Origin: an uncultured virus (IMG/VR IMGVR_UViG_3300031992_001727)
Taxonomy: Duplodnaviria; Heunggongvirae; Uroviricota; Caudoviricetes
Reading direction: 5' to 3' (one strand)
Length of the DNA stretch: 20,000 nucleotides
IMG/VR virus record: IMGVR_UViG_3300031992_001727
Positions 1 through 8,290 of the stretch are shown one piece after another. Each line of letters starts with the position of its first letter. Positions within the stretch are counted from its first letter, which is position 1. The translations under genes and the position numbers were made by a program. The notes beneath the pieces were generated by a model. The model searched no databases and was not told where the DNA came from. It worked only from the letters and a program-made list of their open reading frames with translations.

Positions 1-12
1 CGCGTTGAGTTG

Positions 13-1482
13 CTATTGTTGTTGCTGCTGTCCGTTGATGTCTTGTAGCAGGTCGGCAGCTTGCTGCTGCTTGAACTCGGTGATGATGATGTCTTCCTCG
101 TTGTTTGCTCCGTATCCGTGTAGCTGGCAGCCGGTGCGTCGGCTTAGCAGCCCTGCGTTGGTGAGCTGGACAAGGTTGTTGACCAGCTCGGTCATGTTCT
201 GATGGACGTATGGCTCGATCCATGAGTAAGTGCCGAGCTCTGCCATCTGTGTCTGGTTGCCGAACTGCATTCCGTATCCCCACTTGAAGAGTCGCATGAT
301 TTTGTCGAGTGCACCATCATACTCCTTGGCGTCGATGATTGCCCGATCGATGCTCGGCGAGTAGATGAGCTTGATGGACACACCTGGCATGTCACCGCTT
401 CGCACCTCGGGCGGCAGCACTGCGAACGAGCCTTGGAAAATCATCTTGAGCAGCACGTCAAGCTGTAGCTTGAATGCCTCGACATTGCCTTGCGGCTCGA
501 GGTATGACGCTTTTCCGTTGACTCCCGCGTCGATTGCCTTCACCGCTCCATACATGTCGGCCTTAATGTCGATTTCGTCGCCGTTGAGCACCATGATTGG
601 GAAGGCGTATGCCTGGTTGTTCTGGCAGAGGTTTGAGACCGCTAGTTCGTACTTGTCGATAGAATCTTGCGACCCGCTCCAGCACGGGCCGTCGTCGTCG
701 CGCATATAAACGATTGGCACCTCACGGAACCCATGTGGTGTGGGTGGCATGTCGATTGTGAATCCGTCCGTTCCGAGGAAGTCCTTGATGTTGTTGATGA
801 TTCCTTGCAGTCCCTGGTTGTCTCGGCGGTAGCGTGTCATGTTGCGTCGGTCCCAGACTTCGACGAATGTGATGACCGAGTTTCCCTTTGCGTCGTAAGT
901 GTCATACATTCTTGCGAACGTCTCCAGTTCTCCGTCATCGCCGTAGTGCGGGAAGAGCGTGTCACCGAGGTCGTAGGCCAGTGCTTTCCATTGTACCTTC
1001 TTGTCGCGCATGTAGAAGCACAGCGCGCCGTCGGCTGTCTTCTTTGTCGCTCTTGCCAGCTGGTAGAATGCCAACTCGATGTTGCAGTCGAGCCAGCCCG
1101 TGCGCAAGTTCATGAAAAGGTCTTGCTCCTGCGCAGTGTTGTGGACTCCCGTGAGTTCGTGGTGTATGTCGTTTCCGCAGAGGTGCACCAGCTGCTGGAT
1201 GAGTATCATTCGCTGGAATGGGAATGCCACACGGAAGAGGTATTCCTTGTAGTACTGCTTTGTTTCCTCGTTGTACTTGACCCTGTCGGGGTGCGCCAGC
1301 GTTGAGTTGATGTCGTGCCCGGCGGGATCGTACTGCCGGAGGAAGTCGCTCTGCTCATAGATGATGTGCGCTGCTTTTTGGTTGCGTGGCAGCCTGGGCT
1401 TGATGTCGGAAGTGACGAGCCTTGGTGCCTCGGCGGGGACGATTTGCGTCCATGGCTTTTTTGTCAGGATGAAGTTGTTCAT
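13..1482 (-). CDS. Phage portal protein (SPP1 gp6-like)
   Basis: 489-aa ORF directly downstream of the large terminase. Size and motifs (FREVPIVY, SQDSIDKYELAVSN, SGDMPGVSIKLIY, LLSRRT) resemble SPP1-type portals. Q-rich C-terminus. Confidence 0.85.
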   Translation of the reverse strand: MNNFILTKKPWTQIVPAEAPRLVTSDIKPRLPRNQKAAHIIYEQSDFLRQYDPAGHDINSTLAHPDRVKYNEETKQYYKEYLFRVAFPFQRMILIQQLVHLCGNDIHHELTGVHNTAQEQDLFMNLRTGWLDCNIELAFYQLARATKKTADGALCFYMRDKKVQWKALAYDLGDTLFPHYGDDGELETFARMYDTYDAKGNSVITFVEVWDRRNMTRYRRDNQGLQGIINNIKDFLGTDGFTIDMPPTPHGFREVPIVYMRDDDGPCWSGSQDSIDKYELAVSNLCQNNQAYAFPIMVLNGDEIDIKADMYGAVKAIDAGVNGKASYLEPQGNVEAFKLQLDVLLKMIFQGSFAVLPPEVRSGDMPGVSIKLIYSPSIDRAIIDAKEYDGALDKIMRLFKWGYGMQFGNQTQMAELGTYSWIEPYVHQNMTELVNNLVQLTNAGLLSRRTGCQLHGYGANNEEDIIITEFKQQQAADLLQDINGQQQQQ

Positions 1483-1505
1483 TGTTTTTTGTTTTTGTTG
1501 TTCTG

Positions 1506-1534
1506 TGCGGGCCGGGTGGCCCGCAATACTGAAC
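1506..1534 (+). repeat. Hairpin family A copy 1: TGCGGGCC-GGGT-GGCCCGCA-ATACTGAAC
   Basis: Perfect 8-bp stem plus conserved tail, between terL and portal. Confidence 0.9.
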
Positions 1535-1557
1535 GTGTTGTTACTTATTGTTTCTTT

Positions 1558-3240
1558 TTAGAGGAATCCTAGGCCGTGTCTCCGTTTCATCTGCTTGATG
1601 TCGAAAATCATGACCATGAGCATTGCCTCGATGAAGTCGGGTGAGTGGCCTACCAGCTTTTTCATGACCGCCTTTTTTGGCAGCGTGAATCCGTGGTCGG
1701 TTCGTGTCTCGTCTCGTCGGAGCGCGTTCTTCTCGTTGATGAGTATCTCGCGCAGCGTGCGTTTTGAGTATCCGTGTCCCGAGAACTTTCGCTCCAGCAG
1801 CTCCGGCTCGATTGAGAACTCGCCGGCCTTGATGGCTTGTGTGAAGAGATATGCCGCCTTGGACTTGAAATCGTTGTAGACGTACTTCTCGTTTGGTGGT
1901 ATGTTGCCTTGGTTTGTGAACGGGACCGCATCGGGGAAATGGCCTTTGAACAGCTGCCCGAGGCCTGAGAGGTCGTAGGTGAAATTTCGCTGTGGCACTC
2001 CCCACTCGTCGAGTTTGGCTGCAACAGCCTGCGGTGTGCGCACCGAGTCGAGCTTGCTGGTGAAGATGTCGTAGAGGTGCCTTCGGTTCCCTTTCCACAG
2101 ACATAGGACGAGGTTGTCACCCCCGTCAAGTGCCACGTCGCATGATGCGTATGGCTGGTTGTCCATGGACTGTCGGTCGTTGTCGAACCACCGTTCCATG
2201 TCGGCGAGTTTGAGCAGCGCGGTTCCAACCTCTCGGTATTTCCAGTTTCCGTCAAGGTCGCGTGCCCGCTGTGCCTCGTCCTGGTTGGCGAGGTTGGCGA
2301 GATAGGTAGGGTCGGAGCGCATGAGCTGCCTGTTCTCTGTGACCTTTCCCTCAATGAAGCAGACCGACTTGATGAACAGGTCTTGCGGTTTGCCATACTG
2401 CGCCATGTCCTCGCGCCAGTATCGGTCGATGGTTCCTCTGCACTTCTGGTAGACCTCTTCGCGTGTGTCTCCCCATGTGATGCTTGTAGGGTCATCTCCG
2501 TCCATGAAGCAGTAGCGCAGTCTTCCGTTCCGCTCGGGTATCGGGTACCCGTCATCGTCGATCCACCAGTCGATGAACCTTGCCACCCATGACTCCGGGT
2601 CTGGGTTGCAGGTTCCGTAGACTCTGTTTCGGATGAAGAACGCATTACGGTTGTCGGTGATGATGTACTTGAACTTGTTGTATGGCATGTGTGTGATCTC
2701 GTCTATTGCAATGTAGGCGAAATCTTTTCCTTGCCATCGTATCTTGAAGTCCTTGATGTCGTCGGCGTAGTATCCGAAGCGCAGGAACCCTCCTGCATGG
2801 AAGTTCCACGTCATGTCGTCCTTTGATCGGTTGTAGTCACCGAAGTGCTTGTACAGCTGGTAGGACGTCTCGATGATTGCGTCAAGGTCGGACTTTTCGT
2901 TACGCATGATGAGTGCGTGGAAGTTGGGGTTGTAGATGTCGTTCAGCGCGTCCATGAGGATGCCGTAGGATTTCCCGCCGCCACGGGAGCCACCGTAGAT
3001 GGTGATGTCGGCCTTTGTTGAGAGGAACATTTCCTGGCCACCTTGCTGTATGATCACGTTGTAGGGGTTGGGCTTCTGCTCGTCGGCTTTTCGGAGGATG
3101 GCTATTTGCTGGGCTGAGATGATGTCAAGGCCGTTTTTTGCTGTTTGTGCTTTGTTCGTTTCTCCAATGGCCGTGGCGGGAGCCACGGCACAGCTGACCG
3201 CAGTTGCCCTCTTTGTGCCGGTGGTTACTCCACTTGGCAC
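1558..3240 (-). CDS. terL: Terminase large subunit (start uncertain: GTG 3240, GTG 3186 or ATT 3168; ORF-track start 3387 is probably too long)
   Basis: Q-motif region (QQGGQE), Walker A GGSRGGGKS, Walker B YIAIDE, coupling motif GTCNP, RNase H-like nuclease motifs CDVALDGGD and SPDFIEA. Adjacent to the portal. Confidence 0.93.
   Translation of the reverse strand: MPSGVTTGTKRATAVSCAVAPATAIGETNKAQTAKNGLDIISAQQIAILRKADEQKPNPYNVIIQQGGQEMFLSTKADITIYGGSRGGGKSYGILMDALNDIYNPNFHALIMRNEKSDLDAIIETSYQLYKHFGDYNRSKDDMTWNFHAGGFLRFGYYADDIKDFKIRWQGKDFAYIAIDEITHMPYNKFKYIITDNRNAFFIRNRVYGTCNPDPESWVARFIDWWIDDDGYPIPERNGRLRYCFMDGDDPTSITWGDTREEVYQKCRGTIDRYWREDMAQYGKPQDLFIKSVCFIEGKVTENRQLMRSDPTYLANLANQDEAQRARDLDGNWKYREVGTALLKLADMERWFDNDRQSMDNQPYASCDVALDGGDNLVLCLWKGNRRHLYDIFTSKLDSVRTPQAVAAKLDEWGVPQRNFTYDLSGLGQLFKGHFPDAVPFTNQGNIPPNEKYVYNDFKSKAAYLFTQAIKAGEFSIEPELLERKFSGHGYSKRTLREILINEKNALRRDETRTDHGFTLPKKAVMKKLVGHSPDFIEAMLMVMIFDIKQMKRRHGLGFL
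3170..3202 (+). repeat. Hairpin family B copy 1: GCCGTGGC-GGGA-GCCACGGC-ACAGC-TGACCGCA
   Basis: Perfect 8-bp stem and NGGA loop, at the 5' end of terL. Confidence 0.9.
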
Positions 3241-3286
3241 ACGCCCTGTATTTGATGCTGATGACACTCTACTGAAATTTTTTTTG

Positions 3287-3294
3287 CAAATGTA
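3287..3294 (-). promoter_or_regulatory. Putative Bacteroidota primary-sigma -7 element (TACATTTG) driving terL-portal
   Basis: Matches TAnnTTTG in the AT-rich divergent gap. No clear TTTG at -33. Confidence 0.5.
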
Positions 3295-3313
3295 ATAATT
3301 TTTTTTAGAAAAA

Positions 3314-3346
3314 GTTGCATTGTTATAAAATTTTGTATTAACTTTG
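3314..3346 (+). promoter_or_regulatory. Putative Bacteroidota promoter for the rightward structural operon
   Basis: GTTG (3314-3317), 21-nt spacer, TAACTTTG (3339-3346). Lies 57 nt before ATG 3404. Confidence 0.6.
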
Positions 3347-3403
3347 CGGTTGGATTTAATCATTGAATCAATTTCAGTTTCTCTCATTTATGGTTTTTGG
3401 TTT

Positions 3404-3745
3404 ATGGGCAGCGTTTACAATCCTCGGCATCCGCATCACTGCGTAGTTTACCGCATGGTGGGCGAGACAGAGTTCTCGCCCGGTGAACGCGTCATTCTCT
3501 ATGATGGTGCTTGCCGCAAGTACACGACCCGATCGTCTAGGACATCTACCGCAATGGCAACGAGCCAGTACACGCTGAGTATTCCTGAGATTGTTCAGGC
3601 TCTAGCCGGTGACCGCATTGAGGTTGATGACTATATCGGGCACTTTGAGGGTGTTGTGACCGAGGTGACTTGCAACAACATCGGCACCCAGGACAAAGGC
3701 CATTGGGGAGGGACTGAGATATTCTGGAACAGTTGGAAGCATTGA
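3404..3745 (+). CDS. Putative head-closure / head-tail joining protein (113 aa)
   Basis: ATG 3404 (MGSVYNPRHPHHC) follows the AT-rich leader; the ORF-track TTG start overlaps the promoter. Small beta-rich-looking protein in a virion module. Function inferred from size and context. Confidence 0.55.
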   Translation: MGSVYNPRHPHHCVVYRMVGETEFSPGERVILYDGACRKYTTRSSRTSTAMATSQYTLSIPEIVQALAGDRIEVDDYIGHFEGVVTEVTCNNIGTQDKGHWGGTEIFWNSWKH

Positions 3746-3746
3746 C

Positions 3747-3772
3747 GCGGCAAGCATAACTTGCCGCCACAC
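3747..3772 (+). repeat. Intergenic hairpin (type C): GCGGCAAG-CATAA-CTTGCCGC-CACAC
   Basis: Perfect 8-bp stem 1 nt after the stop codon. Shares GCCGCCACAC (3763-3772) with 8361-8370. Confidence 0.7.
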
Positions 3773-3778
3773 GACACG

Positions 3779-4300
3779 ATGGCAGCTAATGACAACATAC
3801 GGGTTCTTGAAGCGGGCATGAAGAAGGCTCGCGAGCTTGTGCGCCAGAAACTTGGTGCCATGTGCCAGCCGTATGTGATGGGCATCGTTGACGAGGCTGA
3901 GAATGCCCGTGAATGGACTGGCTTTACCGGTAATGCCCAGACAAGCTATGGCGGTTGCGTGATAGACAAGAAGACTGTTTGGCAGTATCGCTCGGACCAT
4001 GGTGGCGTGAGCGTTGTCCATGACAAGGTGAACAAGGGCGAGACGGTTTATCTTGATGCTCCTGTGGAGGGCGAGGCTCGCAGCGTGAGTGGCGATGTCA
4101 ACATTCGTTTCTCGGACTCGTCGAGCGCATTGGACTATGTTCTGAACTTGCCAGTGCCTGGTTATAGCCTTGTTGATGCTCGGTTTGCGTTCCCTCTGGA
4201 GTATGTGAACTACTTGCGTGAGCACTATGCTAACGGTGGTGAGAATCCGCTTATATTGATGCATCAGTTGGCTGCTGTTTCTTTTAAGACGATGAGGTGA
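3779..4300 (+). CDS. Putative neck / tail-completion protein (HK97 gp10-like position), 173 aa
   Basis: ATG 3779. The WTGFTGNAQTSY and LEYVNYL segments loosely recall the TG.L..S / .EYA.Y motifs of neck proteins. TGATG overlap with the next gene. Confidence 0.5.
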   Translation: MAANDNIRVLEAGMKKARELVRQKLGAMCQPYVMGIVDEAENAREWTGFTGNAQTSYGGCVIDKKTVWQYRSDHGGVSVVHDKVNKGETVYLDAPVEGEARSVSGDVNIRFSDSSSALDYVLNLPVPGYSLVDARFAFPLEYVNYLREHYANGGENPLILMHQLAAVSFKTMR

Positions 4301-4686
4301 TGGATGAGAAGTGGGTTGACATATTGCAGATTGAGCGCGACCTAGTGGATCGTGTGAGCGGCATCGCAGACGCTGTGTATGTTACCGGCAACCCCGCCGC
4401 CGTTCCCGACAAGCAGGGCAGCTATATCGTGCTTGCGATGGGTGGCACCGTGACCAACGAGGGTGCCTACAAGCGCAGCTGGGGCCACATCTACCTGTAT
4501 GTCCGCAACAAGGTGAGCGGCGTCCAGGACACTGTCAAGATTGACTCGCTGATGAACCGTGTGCTGGGCGTGTTCCCGATAGCGACCGAGTATTACAGCG
4601 CAATCAGCCCGACGATGAGCTATGGGACACGCGTGGGCGAGTTTACGCGCATGATTGTGCGTTTTGAACTTCGGATAAAGAACTAG
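4300..4686 (+). CDS. Putative tail terminator protein (128 aa)
   Basis: Translationally coupled by TGATG. Size and pattern (VYVTGNP...YIVL...IYLYVR...VRFELRI) resemble tail terminators. Function inferred. Confidence 0.5.
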   Translation: MDEKWVDILQIERDLVDRVSGIADAVYVTGNPAAVPDKQGSYIVLAMGGTVTNEGAYKRSWGHIYLYVRNKVSGVQDTVKIDSLMNRVLGVFPIATEYYSAISPTMSYGTRVGEFTRMIVRFELRIKN

Positions 4687-4688
4687 TG

Positions 4689-4716
4689 GCAGCGATTTAA
4701 TCGCTGCATACTGAAT
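4689..4716 (+). repeat. Divergent family A copy: GCAGCGAT-TTA-ATCGCTGC-ATACTGAAT
   Basis: Different 8-bp perfect stem but the same ATACTGAA tail. Confidence 0.75.
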
Positions 4717-4728
4717 AACGATAGAGTG

Positions 4729-5361
4729 ATGGATAAAGAAAAAATCTTTAGTGAGTTAAAAACGAGGATTGGAGAGACCAGTCTGAGTGACCGTACGCTG
4801 ATGACTTGGGTTGAGAAGAACTTGCCCGCAGAAGGTGTTGAGCCTGATGATGCGTACTGGGAGAAAGGTGTGTCGCTGTTGCAGAGCCTGGGTGGCCAGT
4901 ACAGCCATGATGTAGCGGCTTTTGTCGCCAAGCATGGTGGCAAGCAAGACCCCGACCCTTATCCTGACCCCGACCCGAATCAAGGTGATGGAAACAAAGG
5001 CAACGACGACGCATTGAAGATGCTTAGCGACTTGGCCAAGCGTTATGATGAGTTGAAGGCGCGCATGGACGCTGATGCCGCTGACCGCGACAAGGCGAAA
5101 TTGCTCGGTCTCGTCAAGGGCGAGATGGAGCGTCGCGGTTGCGACAACGCTTATGTTCTTGAGCATGTTCTGAACGAAGCCGACCTTGATGGCAAGAAGC
5201 CGTTGGAGACGCTTGTTGATGAACAGCTTGTGCGTTACGACTCGGAGTATGCCAGGGCATTTGGCAGCGGTGTTCAGCCCCGTGGCTCGATGGGCGGCGG
5301 TGGCGGCAAGAGCGCGGCAGATGCCTACTTCGCCAAGAAGTGGAAGCAGGGTGCTGAGTGA
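4729..5361 (+). CDS. Putative capsid scaffolding protein
   Basis: Acidic, helical protein with a DPDPYPDPDP linker and a Gly-rich C-terminus, just upstream of the decoration and capsid genes. Confidence 0.6.
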   Translation: MDKEKIFSELKTRIGETSLSDRTLMTWVEKNLPAEGVEPDDAYWEKGVSLLQSLGGQYSHDVAAFVAKHGGKQDPDPYPDPDPNQGDGNKGNDDALKMLSDLAKRYDELKARMDADAADRDKAKLLGLVKGEMERRGCDNAYVLEHVLNEADLDGKKPLETLVDEQLVRYDSEYARAFGSGVQPRGSMGGGGGKSAADAYFAKKWKQGAE

Positions 5362-5367
5362 CTGATG

Positions 5368-5401
5368 GCCATCACAGGAGTGATGGCATAGCTGGACCGC
5401 A
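5368..5401 (+). repeat. Hairpin family B copy 2: GCCATCAC-AGGA-GTGATGGC-ATAGC-TGGACCGCA
   Basis: Perfect 8-bp stem and NGGA loop. Confidence 0.9.
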
Positions 5402-5449
5402 CTTGGATAGATTTTAGTTTTTGTGTTATTTTAATTTTCAGTTTCAGTT

Positions 5450-5863
5450 ATGAGTATTGGAAATACATTTCAGAATGGCAGCGTAGCTGTCCCTGGCAAG
5501 GCCCGCAAGGTTTGGCGTGAGATTCGTCACCAGTGGCCCGCCGGCGGCAAGGTTGTCAACGTGAGCGCATGGTATGGCGGCATCATTCCTGCCGGCACTC
5601 CTTGCAAATATGACGGAGCGACAAAAGAGGTGACTTGCTACACCGACGATGCAATCACTGCCGCGTCGAGCATTGCCACCCTTGGCATCAACGGCTACAC
5701 TCAAGAGGACATTGACTGCCGTGCCATCAACGCCAGCGCGCCTGGCATTGCCACCGCCACCGTGATTTATGACGGCGAGATTTACGACTTCATGTTTGAC
5801 AGCGCAGTGCTTGCCAAGCTTAAGACCGTGACCACTTGCCCTCAAGTGATTTTTGTGCATTAA
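5450..5863 (+). CDS. Putative head decoration / cement protein
   Basis: 137 aa with an IIPAGTP motif, directly upstream of the major capsid gene (lambda D-E-like order). Confidence 0.6.
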   Translation: MSIGNTFQNGSVAVPGKARKVWREIRHQWPAGGKVVNVSAWYGGIIPAGTPCKYDGATKEVTCYTDDAITAASSIATLGINGYTQEDIDCRAINASAPGIATATVIYDGEIYDFMFDSAVLAKLKTVTTCPQVIFVH

Positions 5864-5891
5864 TGTTTAACCACTAACGAAAGATAAAGAA

Positions 5892-7094
5892 ATGAATCGA
5901 CTTCCTGGAACATTGTATGATTTTCTGACGCTTGGCCTTGGTGGTGAGACTTTCCAGAGTTTCGTTGACCACTACAACGAGCGTTATGACCGTGCGGAGA
6001 TTGATGGCTTCACGTTTGCTCCTGTGCAGCTGGGCTACACTTGGCAGCAGCTGATCAGCCAGGTTGCGACCACCGTGTTGCCTACCTATGTTGACCCCGA
6101 GTCTCCCGGTTATGAGATGCCATTGAGCGAGATTGCCGGTGCCACTGGCAACATTCCTACCTTCAAGAACCGCTATCGTCTGAACCGCGTTACGGTTCGT
6201 GAGAAGTTGCAGCTTGCTCAGAAGCTTGGCAGTCTGAATGGCCTGACCGCTGACATTCGTGACACGTTCATGCAGCTGCTTGACGAGGGTGTTGAGAGCC
6301 ACATCAAGAGCTACTACAACGCACTGACGAACCAGCGCATGCAGGTTGTCTCGACCGGCAAGTTCACAATTGACCTGAACAACCCCCGCGGCTACCGTGG
6401 TGTGACGCTTGAGTTTGGTGTCCCCGCCACTCACTTTGACTCGCTGACCGGTACCGCCCGATGGTGGACTAATGCCGACCACTCGATCGAGGGCAATACT
6501 AGCGACCCCATCACGTATCTTAAGGACAAGGTCAAGGCCATTCGCCGCACGTATCACTACGTCGGTCGCTTGAAGATGGAGATTAGCCGTGACCTGCTTG
6601 AGGATATGCTTGGCCACAGCAAGGTTCTGTTGACCCTTGGCCAGCGTCTGTATCCGATCAGTGCTGTTGACACCGCCGCTGGCAATGCCGCCGCTGTCAA
6701 CTATGCTAAGAACAGCAGCGAGGATGCCTTGCTTGCTGAGCTGCGCAAGGTGATTGGTGTAGACTCGATTGTTGCCCGCGACAGCTGGGCATACGTGAGC
6801 GCGCCCGGCACGAACGCTGCTGGTGATCCCGACCTTGTGGCTACCCCGATTCAGAACTTCGACTCGCACAATGTGGCGTTCTTGCCTGAGGGCAACATCG
6901 GCCAGTTCATGGGCGTTGAGCCTCTGACCCTGGGTTATGACCCCGACAAGGTGGCATCGTACAACGGTGGCCGTCTGAAACTGCAAGAGCGTGCCGAGCC
7001 TGACACCCACTCGATTTACATTGACTCGGAGGCTGCACAGCTTGCTGTGCCTAGCCAGCCGCATAATATGTTTATCTGCACGGTGACGGCTTAG
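5892..7094 (+). CDS. Major capsid protein (HK97 fold, lambda gpE-like)
   Basis: 400 aa. Motifs RMQVVSTGKFTI, LEFGVP, SDPITYL, VAFLPEG and AQLAVPSQP match major capsid E-type proteins. Position after scaffold and decoration genes. Confidence 0.85.
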   Translation: MNRLPGTLYDFLTLGLGGETFQSFVDHYNERYDRAEIDGFTFAPVQLGYTWQQLISQVATTVLPTYVDPESPGYEMPLSEIAGATGNIPTFKNRYRLNRVTVREKLQLAQKLGSLNGLTADIRDTFMQLLDEGVESHIKSYYNALTNQRMQVVSTGKFTIDLNNPRGYRGVTLEFGVPATHFDSLTGTARWWTNADHSIEGNTSDPITYLKDKVKAIRRTYHYVGRLKMEISRDLLEDMLGHSKVLLTLGQRLYPISAVDTAAGNAAAVNYAKNSSEDALLAELRKVIGVDSIVARDSWAYVSAPGTNAAGDPDLVATPIQNFDSHNVAFLPEGNIGQFMGVEPLTLGYDPDKVASYNGGRLKLQERAEPDTHSIYIDSEAAQLAVPSQPHNMFICTVTA

Positions 7095-7106
7095 TGAGTG
7101 TTACTT

Positions 7107-7172
7107 GCCGTCACTGGAGTGGTGGCTGAGCTATTACTTGCCGTCACAGGAGTGACGGCATAGCGAGACCGA
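7107..7172 (+). repeat. Hairpin family B copies 3 and 4 (tandem, 33-nt period)
   Basis: GCCGTCAC-TGGA-GTGGTGGC-TGAGC (two G-T pairs) and GCCGTCAC-AGGA-GTGACGGC-ATAGC-GAGACCGA. Both are preceded by TTACTT. Confidence 0.9.
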
Positions 7173-7204
7173 TGGTATTTTAATTGACAATAAAGGTTAG
7201 AGTT

Positions 7205-7594
7205 ATGGCAGCGAAGTGTGGTATTACGATAGAGGAGCATCTGCGTGGTCTTGTGGAGAAGTTTGACTTGTCGGACACGACCATCAGTTCGATCTTGATA
7301 GATGCAGGCATTAGTGAGGGCATGCCCGTGAGCGAGTTGAGCCGCGAGCAGCTAGACCTTGCTGTGGCGCATCTGTACTTGTGGTGCTTGCACTTCTTGC
7401 CTTACTCGAAGAACAACACCAAGGATGCCGATGGCGGCTGGGAGCACACCGAGGGTGGCTATCAGCTGCTGGCGGCAGACCGCGAGCGATGGTGGGCTTA
7501 CTTGCGCTGGTTGTGGCGCAGGTGGCGTTGGCCTTGGCTTGAGGAGTTGCTTGACGAGGAGAAGTCGAGCAAGGTGGTTGTGTTCAACCTTTAG
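7205..7594 (+). CDS. Putative head-tail connector / adaptor (129 aa)
   Basis: ATG 7205 after an AT-rich leader. Helical N-terminus (LDLAVAHLY), beta-hairpin-like KDADGGWEHTEGGY. Located right after the capsid gene. Confidence 0.6.
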   Translation: MAAKCGITIEEHLRGLVEKFDLSDTTISSILIDAGISEGMPVSELSREQLDLAVAHLYLWCLHFLPYSKNNTKDADGGWEHTEGGYQLLAADRERWWAYLRWLWRRWRWPWLEELLDEEKSSKVVVFNL

Positions 7595-7622
7595 TGCGAG
7601 CCAGTGGCTTGCAATACTGAAC
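7595..7622 (+). repeat. Hairpin family A copy 2: TGCGAGCC-AGT-GGCTTGCA-ATACTGAAC
   Basis: 8-bp stem with one G-T pair, abutting the stop codon at 7594. Confidence 0.9.
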
Positions 7623-7653
7623 GAGTGTTTAAAATTTTTAGAATTTAGAAACT

Positions 7654-8280
7654 ATGGCTGACCCAACTGGACAAAACCCTGGTGTTATTGATGGGGGTGA
7701 GCAACAAATCAATGAAAATATGGCAGCAGTAACTGTAACAAAGGATGTGAGTGCGCTTCGTACTCTGTTCAACAAGGTAGGTCGTATCTATTTCACTAGC
7801 ACGACCGACAAGACTCCGGCAAATCTTGCTACGCTTGATTTCCGTTTGCCGATTCTGGAGGACTCGGTGGAGTTTGACACTGGTGAACCCGACATTGAGA
7901 CCGTGAACTTGACCACTGGCGAGAAGTGGACCACTATGACCACCGCTGGCGATCCTAACATCACGATGCAGTGCGCGTCGTTTGCCACTGAGATTACCGA
8001 CCTGTTCTTGAACGTGACCGCGGCCTCTAGCGGCAACATGACTCTTGACGGCAGGACTTATGCCGGCAAGGGCTATGACCTGAGCGCGAAGAAGGTGACT
8101 GGTGGTCTGTTGCTGATGGGCGAAGACCTTGAGATGGCGATTTTCATGCCTCACGTTGAGATTTACTCCAGCATCGGCATTGAGCAGAATGTACCCGGTT
8201 ACTTCACGATGAATGTAACCCCGCTTGCCAGCTCTGCTGACAACACGGCAATTTACTTCTTGCCCAAGACCAGTGCTTAG
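7654..8280 (+). CDS. Major tail (tube) protein; alternative start at ATG 7720
   Basis: 208 aa, Thr/Asp-rich, beta-strand pattern, immediately upstream of the tape measure. No sheath gene in the window. Confidence 0.7.
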   Translation: MADPTGQNPGVIDGGEQQINENMAAVTVTKDVSALRTLFNKVGRIYFTSTTDKTPANLATLDFRLPILEDSVEFDTGEPDIETVNLTTGEKWTTMTTAGDPNITMQCASFATEITDLFLNVTAASSGNMTLDGRTYAGKGYDLSAKKVTGGLLLMGEDLEMAIFMPHVEIYSSIGIEQNVPGYFTMNVTPLASSADNTAIYFLPKTSA

Positions 8281-8290
8281 TGGCATGCTG

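Noticed and set aside
5..202. Cys-rich 65-aa ORF
   Set aside because: It is the antisense reading of the portal's poly-Gln (CAA/CAG) C-terminus.
1541..2645. Alternative-frame ORFs of 187 and 327 aa within terL
   Set aside because: Ser/Thr/Arg-rich off-frame translations nested in the terminase, with no independent signals.
3241..3403. ORF-track N-terminal extensions of terL (to 3387) and of the 3344-3745 ORF
   Set aside because: They overlap each other and run through the AT-rich divergent promoter region.
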